Shown: positions 39,313 through 52,135 of the stretch, piece by piece | How positions within the stretch are numbered: position 1 is the stretch's first letter | Layout of the letters: every line of letters starts with the position of its first letter | The notes under the pieces: generated by a model | What the model was told of the DNA's origin: nothing | Database searches by the model: none | The model's input: only the letters and a program-made list of their open reading frames with translations | DNA from: Octopus sinensis | Taxonomy: Eukaryota | Assembly (NCBI RefSeq): GCF_006345805.1 | Contig: NC_043007.1 | Location: forward strand, 69,378,001 to 69,442,000 | DNA length: 64,000 nt | Direction: 5' to 3' | Made by a program: the position numbers and the translations under genes

Positions 39313-42300
39313 GTGACGTTATGTTTATATTGCATGGAATTATCGTTGTTTTTATTTCCAGGAGATTTCTAAATAAGGGGAGGTAGTGAGTGATTTTTCC
39401 GGTGTAGGGGAGATAATCGCTTAAAATTTTTTTTTTTTTTTTTCCTTTTCCCTTGTTAATTTCTCTGTGTCAGTATGTTCGGATGGTTGAGTCTGGGTTT
39501 GTACTTTTCAATGAAGAATGTTTCCTTGTTCAGTCTCATTTGTGTTGATGATCCGAAAGCACATTGGTAAAATGGGAAGATTAAAATTGTGGCAGTAGTT
39601 GCTTTGCGCATTTCTCAATGTGCTCACTAAAAGGTATCATTCTATATTCTGGGAATGCAATCTGTTGTCGATGCAGTGTGCATCTGCGCCTGAGTGATAG
39701 TCCCGTGGAACCCACGTAGTCTTGGTGGGCAGCCGAGCATTTAATAACATAAATTATGTTTTCAGAGGCACAAGTAAAGTTAGATTTGATCTTAAATTTC
39801 TGTCCCTCTTTAAAGAAGAATTCTGATCCTTCCAATAGGTTAGGACATGTTGCACAGTTCGATCTACCACATTTTTTTACTTTTGCATCCGTAATTTTAG
39901 AAGACAATTTTGCCTTTGTGAGAATCTTTTTAAGTGATTTAGGCTGTTTGTAGCTTTTAATGATTTGGTGTATGTTTAGAATTTCCTTTAATTTTGGGTT
40001 TTTATGAAGTATTGGTAAATTCTGGGTGATGATGGTGAAGGCTTCTTTGTTTCTGGGGTTGTATGTAGATATGTAAGGTAGTATTTTCGGGGAAGGTGTG
40101 TTGTTGTGTTGAACTTTTCTTAAAGTTTCTATGTTGATTTCTGTTGCACGTCTGATCCCATCCTCTATGAGTTGAGCTGGGTAATGTCTGTCAATTAGGG
40201 GTTTTTGAGTTCTTGCAGTCTAAAGTTCCTGGTATTTTGTTCTGACACTATTGTGCATATCCTTCTTGCAAGGTTGAAGGGGATGTTTGTTTAGTGTGTC
40301 TTGGGTGGCATGAATTAAAAAGAAGGTATTGTTTGGCGTCTGTGGCTTTGTAAAAATGTCTGTTTCTATTGTAAGGTTAATTTTTTTAATTAGTATATCC
40401 AAGAACGGGAGCTCCTTTTGGTTGTATTCCATTGTGAACTGTATATTTGGGTTTATGCTGTTCAATAGGTTTTTAAATTTAGGAGTTTATCTATGTTTTC
40501 ATTCCAGAGAATGAAACAATCGTCTAGGAATCGTTTCCAATTCTCTTTTATGTATTGAGAGAGGGAGTTTCCAAAGATTGATAGAGATTCCTGGTAAATG
40601 ATTATTTCCATGTATCCCATTGTTAAGTTCGCAATGACTGGTGCTGCCCTTGTACCCATAGCAATTCCGGATTTTTGACGGTAAAATGTATTGTCAAACA
40701 TGAAGTGGTTATTGTGTAGAATGAATTCAATTGATTTAGTAATGAATTCCTTACTGATCCTTTTTGGTATTTCTTCCGGAAATTGGTCTAACCAGAATTG
40801 TATTGCCTCCAGTCCATAATTATGAGGTATACTGGTATACAAGTTGACTACATCAAATGAAACCAGGATTGTTTCTTCCTTGGTTTTTTTTGGGAGGTGG
40901 TTTAACATATCTAAGTCATCTCTGAAACCCCCAACTATCCTCCATACACTAAAAACAGAAATCACCCACAACCAACCTTTACAAACCACGCTAGACCTAA
41001 CAGGGAACTAGCTGAAAGAGGACGCGTCTATGAAAGAAATTACACCAAAAACAGAACAAACCAACAACATCCTAATACCAGACCCAACCACCATACAGCA
41101 CAATACGACACTAGGATAAGAATACACCACAACAAATCACTACTACCCCATGAACCAAAACTACTGGTCCCCACTAAACACAAGACAAACGCAAAGAAAC
41201 ACTATGTCAAGCAACATCCCACATACAAGAAGTTCGACAAAATTTCCCCATACAGAAATTTTACAACACACCACAAGCATTAACAACCATAGATTCCCCA
41301 CACACCACACGATCGGAGGCAACAATACCACCACTCCCCCGACCAAATACCACACAACCTCACAGACAACTCATACAAACAAAATTACACCCAACTTTTT
41401 TAGCCAGGGACCAGGGACACCAGGACACAGGCTGGAACCTAGTAATAAGGAAAAACCGAAGATAATCAATCTTTCAACCAAACCTCTTTCTAACATTAAA
41501 AATTGACATCCTCGCAAAAGGGCTCAAATTTACACCAACTCCACGCAGAGCAAACCTAAATGAACTCAAGGATAATATAACAGAATTTTGCAGAAAATTA
41601 AGACTAGCAGAAGCATCAAACAGTTTCAATACTGAAGATGAATCACTAGTCAAGAACAAAAGTGAACACATCCCACACAGAGGAAGAAATAAAAAAAAAA
41701 CAAGGAAGAAACAATCCTGGTTTCATTTGATGTAGTCAACTTGTATACCAGTATACCTCATAATTATGGACTGGAGGCAATACAATTCTGGTTAGACCAA
41801 TTTCCGGAAGAAATACCAAAAAGGATCAGTAAGGAATTCATTACTAAATCAATTGAATTCATTCTACACAATAACCACTTCATGTTTTGACAATACATTT
41901 TACCGTCAAAAATCCGGAATTGCTATGGGTACAAGGGCAGCACCAGTCATTGCGAACTTAACAATGGATACATGGAAATAATCATTTACCAGGAATCTCT
42001 ATCAATCTTTGGAAACTCCCTCTCTCAATACATAAAAGAGAATTGGAAACGATTCCTAGACGATTGTTTCATTCTCTGGAATGAACATAGATAAACTCCT
42101 AAAATTTTAAAAACCTATTGAACAGCATAAACCCAAATATACAGTTCACAATGGAATACACCCAAAGGAGCTCCCGTTCTTGGATATACTAATTAAAAAA
42201 ATTAACCTTACAATAGAAACAGACATTTTTTACAAAGCCACAGACGCCAAACAATACCTTCTTTTTAATTCATGCCACCCAAGACACACTAAAACAAACA

Positions 42301-43273
42301 TCCCCTTCAACCTTGCAAGAAGGATATGCACAATAGTGTCAGAACAAAATACCAGGAACTTTAGACTGCAAGAACTCAAAAACACCCTAATTGACAGACA
42401 TTACCCAGCTCAACTCATAGAGGATGGGATCAGACGTGCAACAGAAATCAACATAGAAACTTTAAGAAAAGTTCAACACAACAACACACCTTCCCGAAAA
42501 TACTACCTTACATATCTACATACACCCCCAGAAACAAAGAAGCCTTCACCATCATCACCCAGAATTTACCAATACTTCATAAAAACCCAAAATTAAAGGA
42601 AATTCTAAACATACACCAAATCATTAAAAGCTACAAACAGCCTAAATCACTTAAAAAGATTCTCACAAAGGCAAAATTGTCTTCTAAAATTACGGATGCA
42701 AAAGTAAAAAAATGTGGTAGATCGAACTGTGCAACATGTCCTAACCTATTGGAAGGATCAGAATTCTTCTTTAAAGAGGGACAGAAATTTAAGATCAAAT
42801 CTAACTTTACTTGTGCCTCTGAAAACATAATTTATGTTATTAAATGCTCGGGCTGCCACCAAGACTACGTGGGTTCCACGGGACTATCACTCAGGCGCAG
42901 ATGCACACTGCATCGACAACAGATTGCATTCCCAGAATATAGAATGATACCTTTTAGTGAGCACATTGAGAAATGCGCAAAGCAACTACTGCCACAATTT
43001 TAATCTTCCCATTTTACCAATGTGCTTTCGGATCATCAACACAAATGAGACTGAACAAGGAAACATTCTTCATTGAAAAGTACAAACCCAGACTCAACCA
43101 TCCGAACATACTGACACAGAGAAATTAACAAGGAAAAGGGAAAAAAAAAAAAAAAAATTTTAAGCGATTATCTCCCCTACACCGGAAAAAAATCACTCAC
43201 TACTCCCCTTATTTAGAAATCTCCTGGAAATAAAAACAACGATAATTCCATGCAATATAAACATAAACGTCAC

Positions 43274-43313
43274 AAGAAATTTGAAAAGCTACACGCGAAA
43301 CCGGTAATTTCTT
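43274..43313 (+). ncRNA. Minimal type-I hammerhead motif, U3:A8 variant, in the PLE terminal repeat
   Basis: aagaaau-UUGAAAA-gc(uacac)gc-GAAA-ccggu-A-auuucuu: 7-bp stem I, 2-bp stem II, palindromic stem III ACCGGU, predicted cleavage after GUA at 43306. Confidence 0.65.
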
Positions 43314-43553
43314 TAAAAATTTTTAAAATTATGTCATTTTAAGGAAAGGAAAAAAATTTTTCCAATATTCTCCAGACATTTTGACACAAATATATATATT
43401 TTTTAACATTTAAGCCTTCTGTCGTTTTTTCACACTTTACTATTTTCTTATATATTCACCCACGTGCTTTACCAAACAAACTTTCTTATCTATATATATA
43501 TATATATATATATATTGACACATACATTCAGATGCAATGTCCAGGTGTCACTA

Positions 43554-43795
43554 CATTACGGCCGTTTCGAACGGCCCCATTTAATTGATCAATTTATTTC
43601 TATGCCACAAATATAACATAAGGAAACAATGTAATTATTTTGGTTTCTAGTATTGATATAAATTTGTTAAAAATGGTTTATCCTTTATGTTGGAAATCTA
43701 TATAGTCATCTACAGCTGAGGAAAGCGGTTTCTTTAAAATTAATATAATGTTTTCATTGATCGATTAAATGGACCCGCTCGAAACGGCCGAAATG
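43554..43795. mobile_element. MITE with ~38-bp TIRs and TA TSD, 242 bp
   Basis: catt(a/t)cggccgtttcga(a/g)cgg..ccatttaat(t/c)gatca at both ends, flanked by TA. Confidence 0.85.
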
Positions 43796-43892
43796 TATTG
43801 ATACCTGGATATCCTTGTTACTTATTTACATTTTGTTCACCTAACTTTGAGCTGCGCGGACTATACCGAACTGGCTTGGTGCTGAATCGTAA

Positions 43893-44016
<124 letters not shown>

Positions 44017-44484
44017 ACACACATACACACACACACATACATACGTATTGACTCAAAAACAAATACACTCTGTAGACAGAAAAATCGAGTGCATGTTTAT
44101 TTCTAAATTTATTGATAAAAAAAACCTGCATTAGGGCAGCAATCTAACAGAATCGTCGGGCAAAATATTTCTGAGTTCCAATTCCGCCAAGGTTTACTTT
44201 GCTTTTCATCCTTTCAGGTCGATAAAATAAGTACTAATTGAGCACAAAATTGCTGGCCTTGTGCCAAAATTTGAAATTGCATTATACATGTTTTTTTCAA
44301 AACCACCAGTATTTTCTCAAAGAAAACAGTGTTCATGTGTACACAGACATGCAGCTCTTCCTAATGTGACAAATGCTGACTGCAGAATACAGTTCTAGTC
44401 CCATTCGTTCCACTTACCTATTTGAATCAACTAATAATCTTCTGCCCGCGCGCGTGCGTGTGTGTGTGCAAATATTTGATTTAA

Positions 44485-45048
44485 AATTTTGGCACAAGAT
44501 TTCAAGGCCAAAAAGTTCTGGGATGTCGATTACATCGACCTCAGTGCTCATCTAGTACTTTATTTATCGACCCCGAAAGGACGAAAGCCAAACATGACCT
44601 CGGCGGAATTTGAAGTCATACAGTAAAGATGGGCGAAATACCTATTTCCTTACTAACCACAAGGGGCTAAACACAGAGAGGACAAACAAGGACAGACAAA
44701 CGGATTACGTCGATTATATCGACCCCAGTGCGTAACTGGTACTTATTTAATCGAACCCGAAAGGATGAAAGACAAAGTCGACCTCGGCGGAATTTGAACT
44801 CAAAACGTAACGGCAGGTGAATACCTATTTCTTTTCTACCCACAAGGGGCTACACACAGAGGGGACAAACAAGGACAGACAAACGGGTTATGGTCGATTA
44901 TATCGACCCCAGTGCGTAACTGGTACTTAATTTATTGACCACGAAAGGATGAAAGGCAAAGTCGACCTCGGCGGAATTTGAATTCAGAACGTAAAGATAG
45001 ACGAAATACCGCTAAGCAATTTGCCCAGCGTGCTACTGATTCTGCCTG
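44485..45048 (-). mobile_element. Head-to-tail SINE family A trimer
   Basis: Junctions gaaatac|ctatttc at ~44640 and ~44824. Confidence 0.9.
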
Positions 45049-45311
45049 TGTGTGTACATATATCTTAGCGTGTATGTATGAGCAGCAGTCACGACATATT
45101 CAGATGGCTTCCACTCCTCCATGTCCGCTAACTTTTTCTCAACTGCAATTTTAAAATACTGCATATTCTCCAACGCCGTCGACTGTTCATTGATGCAATT
45201 TTATACCAATTGCTATTTTTACTTTTGTATGTTACGATTATATTATACTTTAGTTTGATTTAGCATCGAGATGCTGCTGGAAAAAAAAGGAAACAAAAAG
45301 TTATCATATTA

Positions 45312-45530
45312 TAGGCACAGGTGTAGCAAGAAGTTGACTTCTCAACCACATGGTTCCAAGTTCAGTCGCCCCGCTGCAACGTGCCTTGGGCAAGTGTTTT
45401 CTACTATAACCCGGATTTACCAAAGCCTCATGTGTGGGTGTGGAAGCCGGAAACAGAAAGAAACCTGTCGTTATATATATATATATATATATATATACGA
45501 CAGGTTTCTTTCTGTTTCCGGCTTCCTGTC

Positions 45531-45572
<42 letters not shown>

Positions 45573-45630
45573 GACAGGTTTCTTTCTGTTTCCGGGTTCC
45601 ACACCCACACATGAGGCTTTTGGTAAATAT
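45312..45630. mobile_element. SINE family B 5' half followed by fold-back inverted copies across (AT)n
   Basis: 45418-45470 is mirrored at 45496-45530 and 45570-45628, and again at 45876-45940. Confidence 0.8.
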
Positions 45631-45937
45631 ACTAGCATTAAAGACCCGTCGTTGCCGGGTCATAGTGCTAGTGCATGTATATATGTGTATATGTATGTGT
45701 ACATATTACATGTACATCTATATATATACATCTACACATAAAATGCAAAATACAAAGTTATATCTTGATATCGCTAGTGATAACAATGCTCAAAATATAT
45801 AACAGACTGGAATTATATATATATATATATATTATATATATATATAATATATATATATTATATATATATATATATACGACGGGTTTCTTTCTGTTTCCAG
45901 CCTCCACACCCACTCATAAGGCTTTGGTAAATCCGGG

Positions 45938-45970
<33 letters not shown>

Positions 45971-45976
<6 letters not shown>

Positions 45977-46101
45977 TGCCCAAAAGTCACCCGACAGTAA
46001 ATGAAAATTTCATAAATACTTAATATTCAATTTTATTTATTCAAATTATGAATGTTTAAATGGGTTTTGATTTTCTGTCAGGTGACATTTGGTCAACCCT
46101 G
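45971..46101. mobile_element. Tc1/mariner-type MITE, 131 bp
   Basis: TIRs (t/c)a(a/g)ggttg(c/a)ccaaa(a/t)gtcacc(c/t)gacag with flanking TA. Confidence 0.85.
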
Positions 46102-47149
46102 TACATATATATATATATATACACACACATGTGTGTGTGTGTGCGTGTTTGTGTTTGTATGTATGTATGTATGTATGTATGTATGTATGTATGTATGTAT
46201 GTATGTATGTATGTATGTATAATGTGTGTGTGTGTTTCTATGTGCGTCTTTGTATGTATGTATGTGTTTCACTGCCGGCAGTTCAAGTCCTCGTAACTTA
46301 GTGATTCGACAAAAGAGACTAACGGAATAAGTCACAGGTTTAAAGAAACAAACGGACAAGCAAAAAAGTGTCTTCTTGTTCGACTAAACCGTTTCACGAT
46401 GCTATCCCAGCATGACCCCCATCAAATGACTGAAACCAGTAAAAGATCCTTTCTTTTTTTCCTACATATTCTCGTCCTTCTTCCTTCCACCCCTAACACG
46501 CATACACACACACACTTTCTTTCTTTCATTCTTTCTTTCTTCTTTCTTTCTTCTTTCTTTCTTTCTTTCTTTCTTTTTCTCTCTCCCCCTCTCTCTTTCT
46601 CCATTCTTTCTTCTATATCCTCCTCTCCATTCTTTCCTCGATATCCTCTCACCTTTATACTATAATAATTAGTGTAATTAATGACATGTTGGCAAAAAAC
46701 AACAGGAAAATCTTGTATTTTCTATACACAAAACATTACATTAATGAATTTTACGCATAATAAAATAAGCACTTATGCACACACTCGCACATATACACAC
46801 ACACACACACAATGCACACACTCCTCACATTTTCATATCCACTTCTATGAATACAGATGTTGAGTATCTGGTGTCGCTAAACAATGTCGTATTCGTAGGT
46901 AGGTTACACTTAGATTAATATATGTGTATATATATATGTATATATATATACATATATATATACATACATACATACACACATGCATACATACATACATACA
47001 TACATACATACATACATACATACATACATACATACCTATGTATGTGTGTGTATACGTGTATGTATATAAACATACACACACACATATATGTTTGATCTTT
47101 GACTTCTGGCCGAAATCAGATCGCCTTGTTGATTCGCTAGCTTCTGCAC

Positions 47150-47365
47150 GCATATTTTTTTTCTCTCCTTTCTGTTTTTTTTTCTCTGTGTATCTTTCTG
47201 TTGAAGAGCGTAGGCTCGAAACGTTAAAGACTTGTTTTATTTATATTTCCTGAGCGCCATACTAATACAATTGTTTGTTTGTATTCCACCTGCCTTCGTC
47301 TTTTATTTATTTCCGTAAACCTGCCTTCGTCTTTTGTCTATTTTCATAAAGCTTCCCGTTATATA
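47150..47365 (+). mobile_element. Penelope-like terminal repeat remnant
   Basis: Contains a hammerhead motif. The tail ccacctgccttcgtcttttg..ttttcataaagcttcccgttata is also present at 20283-20330. Confidence 0.7.
47193..47230 (+). ncRNA. Minimal type-I hammerhead motif (C3:G8; A6 changed to U)
   Basis: ucuuu-CUGUUGA-a-gagc(guag)gcuc-GAAA-cgu-U-aaaga. Confidence 0.6.
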
Positions 47366-47420
47366 TATATCCGTGTTAATTGTTAACAAGGGAAAAAATG
47401 CACACCTCTATATATATATG

Positions 47421-47473
<53 letters not shown>

Positions 47474-47502
47474 ATATATGTATATATACTCTTGTGTCTG
47501 TG

Positions 47503-47832
47503 AAGGCGCGTGGCTCAGTGGTTAGAGCGTCGGGCTTACGATCGTGAGGTACTGAGCTCGAATCCCAGACCGAGCTGCGTGTTGTGTTCTTGAGCAAGAC
47601 GCTTTATTTCACGTTGCTCCAGTTCACTCAGCTGTAGAAATGAGTTGCGACGTCACAGGTGCCAAGCTGTATCTGCCCTTGCCTTTCCCTTGGATAACAC
47701 TGGTGACGTGGAGAGGGGAGGCCAGTATGCATGGGCGACTACTGGTCTTCGATAAAAACAACCTTGCCCAGACTTGTGCCTCAGAGGGTAACTCTCTAGG
47801 CGCAAGCCCATGGTCAGTGTCTGACCGAAGGA
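47503..47832 (+). mobile_element. tRNA-derived SINE (CORE-like domain), near full length
   Basis: A box tggctcagtgg, B-box-like gagctcgaatccc, then cttgagcaagacgcttt. Confidence 0.85.
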
Positions 47833-47959
47833 GGTCACACTGTTGTCTCTGGGGAAAGTCATTGGTGAGACACAGAATATGCTTCAACACACGAACTCAC
47901 ATGAATCTTGCAAACCAAATCCCAAAACGAAATATATATATATATATATATATATATAG

Positions 47960-48333
47960 CTTGTTTACCAATCATATGGTTCCGGGTTCAGTCCCACTGC
48001 GTGGCATCTTGGGCAAGTGTCTTCTACTATAGCCTCGGGCCGACCAAAGCCTTGTGAGTGGATTTGGTAGACGGAAACTGAAAGAAGTCCGTCGTATATA
48101 TGTATATATATATGCGTGTGTGTGTTTGTGTGTCTGTGTTTGTCCCCCTAGCATTGCTTGACAACCGATGCTGGTGTGTTTATGTCCCCGTTACTTAGCG
48201 GTCGGCAAAAGAGACCGATAGAATAAGTACTGGGCTTACAAAAGAATAAGTCCTGGGGTCGAGTTGCTCGATTAAAGGCGGTGCTCCAGCATGGCCGCAG
48301 TCAATTGACTGAAACAAGTAAAAGAGTAAAAGA
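47960..48333 (+). mobile_element. SINE family B
   Basis: Matches 51161-51577. Confidence 0.9.
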
Positions 48334-49940
48334 GTATATATATATATATATATATTATTGTTATATTTCGAGATGGTCATTTTCCTTCTTTATTTCTCTT
48401 TTTTCTTGACATATAAATACACCAGATATTCGTTCTTCTCTAGTTTATTATTGTTCTTATTTAACCTATGTCCATTATCTGGACATCTTTTGTCACACAT
48501 CTATGACCTCTTCAGCGACCCTTCCATCCACGTTTATCCTCCTTTTCTGTTTGGTCCATTCTGCCTTTCTATGATGTGCATCCTTATCTGCACATGCGTT
48601 TGCGTCTATATCTGTGTGTGCGTGCGTGTGTGTGTGTATGCGTGTGTATGTGTTTTGTAGTGTCTTTGTGTGTGTATATGGCTTTGCTTACTGTATTGTT
48701 TGTATCCGCACTCTTTATATAGTCGTACCTACTGTCATCACTAACATCACCACCACCACAACCACCACTTCCATTACCACCATTAACCTCAATGACCATC
48801 ATCAGCAATAGTGCCATCACCGTCATCCCCATCGCCTCCACCACTATCTCGTATTTTGTACAGACCCTCGTTGTCGTCGTTGTTGTTGTTCTTGTTATAT
48901 GATTTACCCCGAGGTAAGATCGTGGGGGTGGGGGTAGTCATCCATTATATTCATAGGTCCTCCCAAACTGGTGAAAGTAATGCGGTTAATCTTGCGTTTG
49001 ATTATTTCGAAGCATTTGTTTGTTGAGAATACGTAAGGAAGACGTGAAGAGTTTTCTGAAGAATTTGAAATGTGGGGGAAAAGCTGAGTAAAAAGATATA
49101 AGTGGGGAGGGGTTGAGGAGGTGATAGATAGATCGCTTTTTTTTAAACCTTGCATTCAGAGAAAATAGCAATACTTATGGCCGTTTAGCTAGATTCCGAG
49201 ATTGCTGGGAGGGAAAGTGGGAGGAAGGTCCGCAAAGCGGAGCACTGGCCCGATTTCTTGTAAAAGAGTGGATTTCATTAAAGATGCTAAGGATATCGGG
49301 TGGTGTTGTTAAATTGGGTAGCTGGTTATATTTACCACCTAAATACCCCATGGTGGAATTTGAACTCGGAATGCAAGAAGCCGAAACAAATACTGCAAAG
49401 TACCCGAGTCGGCGTCATAACAGTTCCACCAATTCGTCATCTTCGATTGGTACTCTTTTTTTATTGACCTAAAAAAAAAAAAAAATAGAAAGAAAAGGAA
49501 AGATTGACTTGAGCGGGATTTGAACTCATACGCAGAGAATTGAAATAAATGTTACCGGGTAGTTGACCCAGCGCACTGACGAATCTGCCAATGGATGATA
49601 AGAAAAAGAAATATGGGTTTGAAGGGTGGAGCTGATAGGATGCGGTACGCAAATAGCTATTTTAGGAGAGTCCATCCGCATTCTTATCTTAATAAGTAAC
49701 CAACTAATAGATGAGTCAACATGAAATACTCTACCTCAGTGTCTCGCAAACGTGTTCTGATAAGTCCTCACCCTATTTTTAGAGTATTTTATCAGTGCTG
49801 CCCTCGCAAAGCCAGCTAAATATGGTATATTGGATTGGATGTGTATTATTGACCGGATCACAGACGTGCGACGAAAATGTTGACAGCTCAAGAAATATGA
49901 GAAAGATGAATTCGACAACTTTTTGCGTCTTATTGTATAG

Positions 49941-50083
49941 AAGGCGGCGAGCTAGCAGAATCGTTAGCACGCCGGGCGAAATGCTTAGCAGTATTTCGTC
50001 TGCCTCTACGTCCCGAGTTCAAATTCCGTCGACGTCGACTTTGCCTTTCATCATTTCGGGGTCGATTAAAATAAGTACCTGTT
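49941..50083 (+). mobile_element. SINE family A, 5' two-thirds
   Basis: aaggcggcgagctagcagaatcgttagcacgccgggcgaaatgcttagc... Confidence 0.85.
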
Positions 50084-51160
50084 ACGCATATTAGAAGTGG
50101 ATGTAGCCGTATCTGTATGATTATACTACGTGCATGGTCGAGCTGTTAAAAACTTTGCTTTGTAACCACAAGCTCACGGTTCATTCGCACTGCGTAGTAT
50201 CTTGGTTAAAATTTTTGTTTTCTGTAGGTTCAGATCAATCCATACCATGTCAGTGAAATTGAGTAGATGGAAACTATATAGAAGCCCGTCGAGGGGATTT
50301 TACCTGTAATTAAGAAGTACAGCCTTGTCTCATACGGTTCTGTACTGATTTTGCTCACGAATTTTGTTTAGGATGTACTTTTCTGTGGAATACTCAACCA
50401 ATTACACGTTGATTCAAGAGAAGATAATCCACTTGATCGAACACTTGAATCCTCATCGTCGAGCGACAAGAAATATATATATACATACATACGTACAAAC
50501 ATACATACATATATATGTGGTGGGGTGTATGTATGTATGTATGTATATATGTATGTATGTATGTACGCACACGCAGATATGATATGTTTCCATTATAATT
50601 TGTTTCCATGCTTGACTCGATCAATTACAAATTAATAAATTAAAAATTAAAAATTGCATCTGGAAATTGCATCACGAAGAAGACAACACGGGAAGGACAA
50701 ATCTTAACAAATGACTTATTAGTTTAACGCTTAAAAAATGAAGAGAGCTTTGATGTTTCGGACGCTAGCCCTTGAAGAGAAAAAAATACAAAATGATAAA
50801 TGGTAGTGGGAAAAATTTAAAAAAAAGGAGAAAAAGTGGTTGGAGGAAAAAAGGTTTAGAAGCTAGGTCCGAATGCAGTTTTATTGCGTTGGCGGGAAGA
50901 GGGTTAGAAAGAGAAGAAAAGACGGAGTGGTGAGAGTCTGGAAAGGATGGGGTCTGTGTATTGAGATTGGCATACGGGGAGAAATGTTGTATGGTGTCCG
51001 TAAGCTTTCCTGGGAATGTTGTATGTGTGCATGTATAAGAGTAGAGTAACGTAGGATAGTGGCGTGCGGGAGAATGGTGTGTAGGTGTAATCGTATAGTA
51101 ACTAAGAAGGTGTTGAGGGGAGGGGAAATATATATATACGTATGTATGCGTATATATACA

Positions 51161-51577
51161 TATAGGCGCAGGAGTGGCTGTGTGGTAAGTAGCTTGCTAA
51201 CCAACCACATGGTTCCGGGTTCAGTCTCACTGCGTGGGACCTTGGGCAAGTGTCTTCTGCTATAGCCCCGGGCCGACCAATGCCTTGTGAGTGGATTTGG
51301 TAGACGGAAACTGAAACAAGCCTGTCGTATATATGTATATATGTATATAAGTGTGTGTGTATATGTTTGTGTGTCTGTGTTTGTCCCCCTAGCATTGCTT
51401 GACAACCGATGTTGGTGTGTTTATGTCCCCGTTACTTAGCGGTTCGGCAAAAGAGATCGATGGAATAAGTACTGGGCTTACAAAGAATAAGTCCCGGGGT
51501 CGATTTGCTCGACTAAAGGCGGTGCTCCAGCATGGCCGCAGTCAAATGACTGAAACAAGTAAAAGAGTAAAAGAGTA
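51161..51577 (+). mobile_element. SINE family B, full length (tRNA head, CORE-like ccttgggcaagtgtctt, internal microsatellite, (taaaagag)n tail)
   Basis: Best-preserved copy in the window. Confidence 0.9.
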
Positions 51578-52135
51578 ATATATGCATACACACACACACA
51601 CACACGCACACACACATATAAATATATATGGATTTCATTTGTTTTATAGCTTTTGTTGTTTCTTCTTCTTCTTCATATTTGTTAGTATGATTTCTTATTT
51701 GTATTTGTCAGCTTCCTTAAATACTAAGAACAGTTTTTTGCTTTGCTCGTGTTTTGCGGCTATTTGAATCAGTTTTCCTTTATTCTGAAGTAGGTATTTT
51801 TGCAGTCCTATGGTGGTTATTTTATTATAGTTTTCCAATTGTATAAGGCCTCTACCACCTTCTATACGTTATATATATAGCCTTTCTATGTCAGATTATT
51901 ATTATTATTATTATTATTATTATTGTTATTATTATTATTATTATTATTGTTGTTGTTGTTGTGTTGTTGTTGTTGTCACTAAGGCGGGTAACTTGTAGAA
52001 ACGTTAGTACGTCATGCATATAATCCTCCCCTTCCGCACCACTAATGTTGCCCAATTTTAAGTCCCATACTTTTTGGGCCGATAAAGCTCTGCGCCAGTT
52101 TGGTCGCAGGGCCTGTGATCAAAACGTGAGGGTCC

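Larger units (their letters stand above)
39131..43490. mobile_element. Penelope-like retroelement locus: inverted 3'-half copy (39131-40930, -), 5' region (40930-41690, +) and RT/GIY-YIG/terminal repeat (41691-43490, +)
   Basis: Motifs LAKGLKFTPTP, SFDVVNLYTSIP, GIAMGTRAAP, KRFLDDCF, FLDILI and IYVIKCSGCHQDYVGST. 39131-40885 is the near-perfect reverse complement of 41701-43454. Confidence 0.95.

Noticed and set aside
48957-49032. Possible 76-bp plus-strand exon (tcatag|...tac|gtaagg)
   Set aside because: Weak polypyrimidine tract and an unremarkable peptide; compatible with chance.
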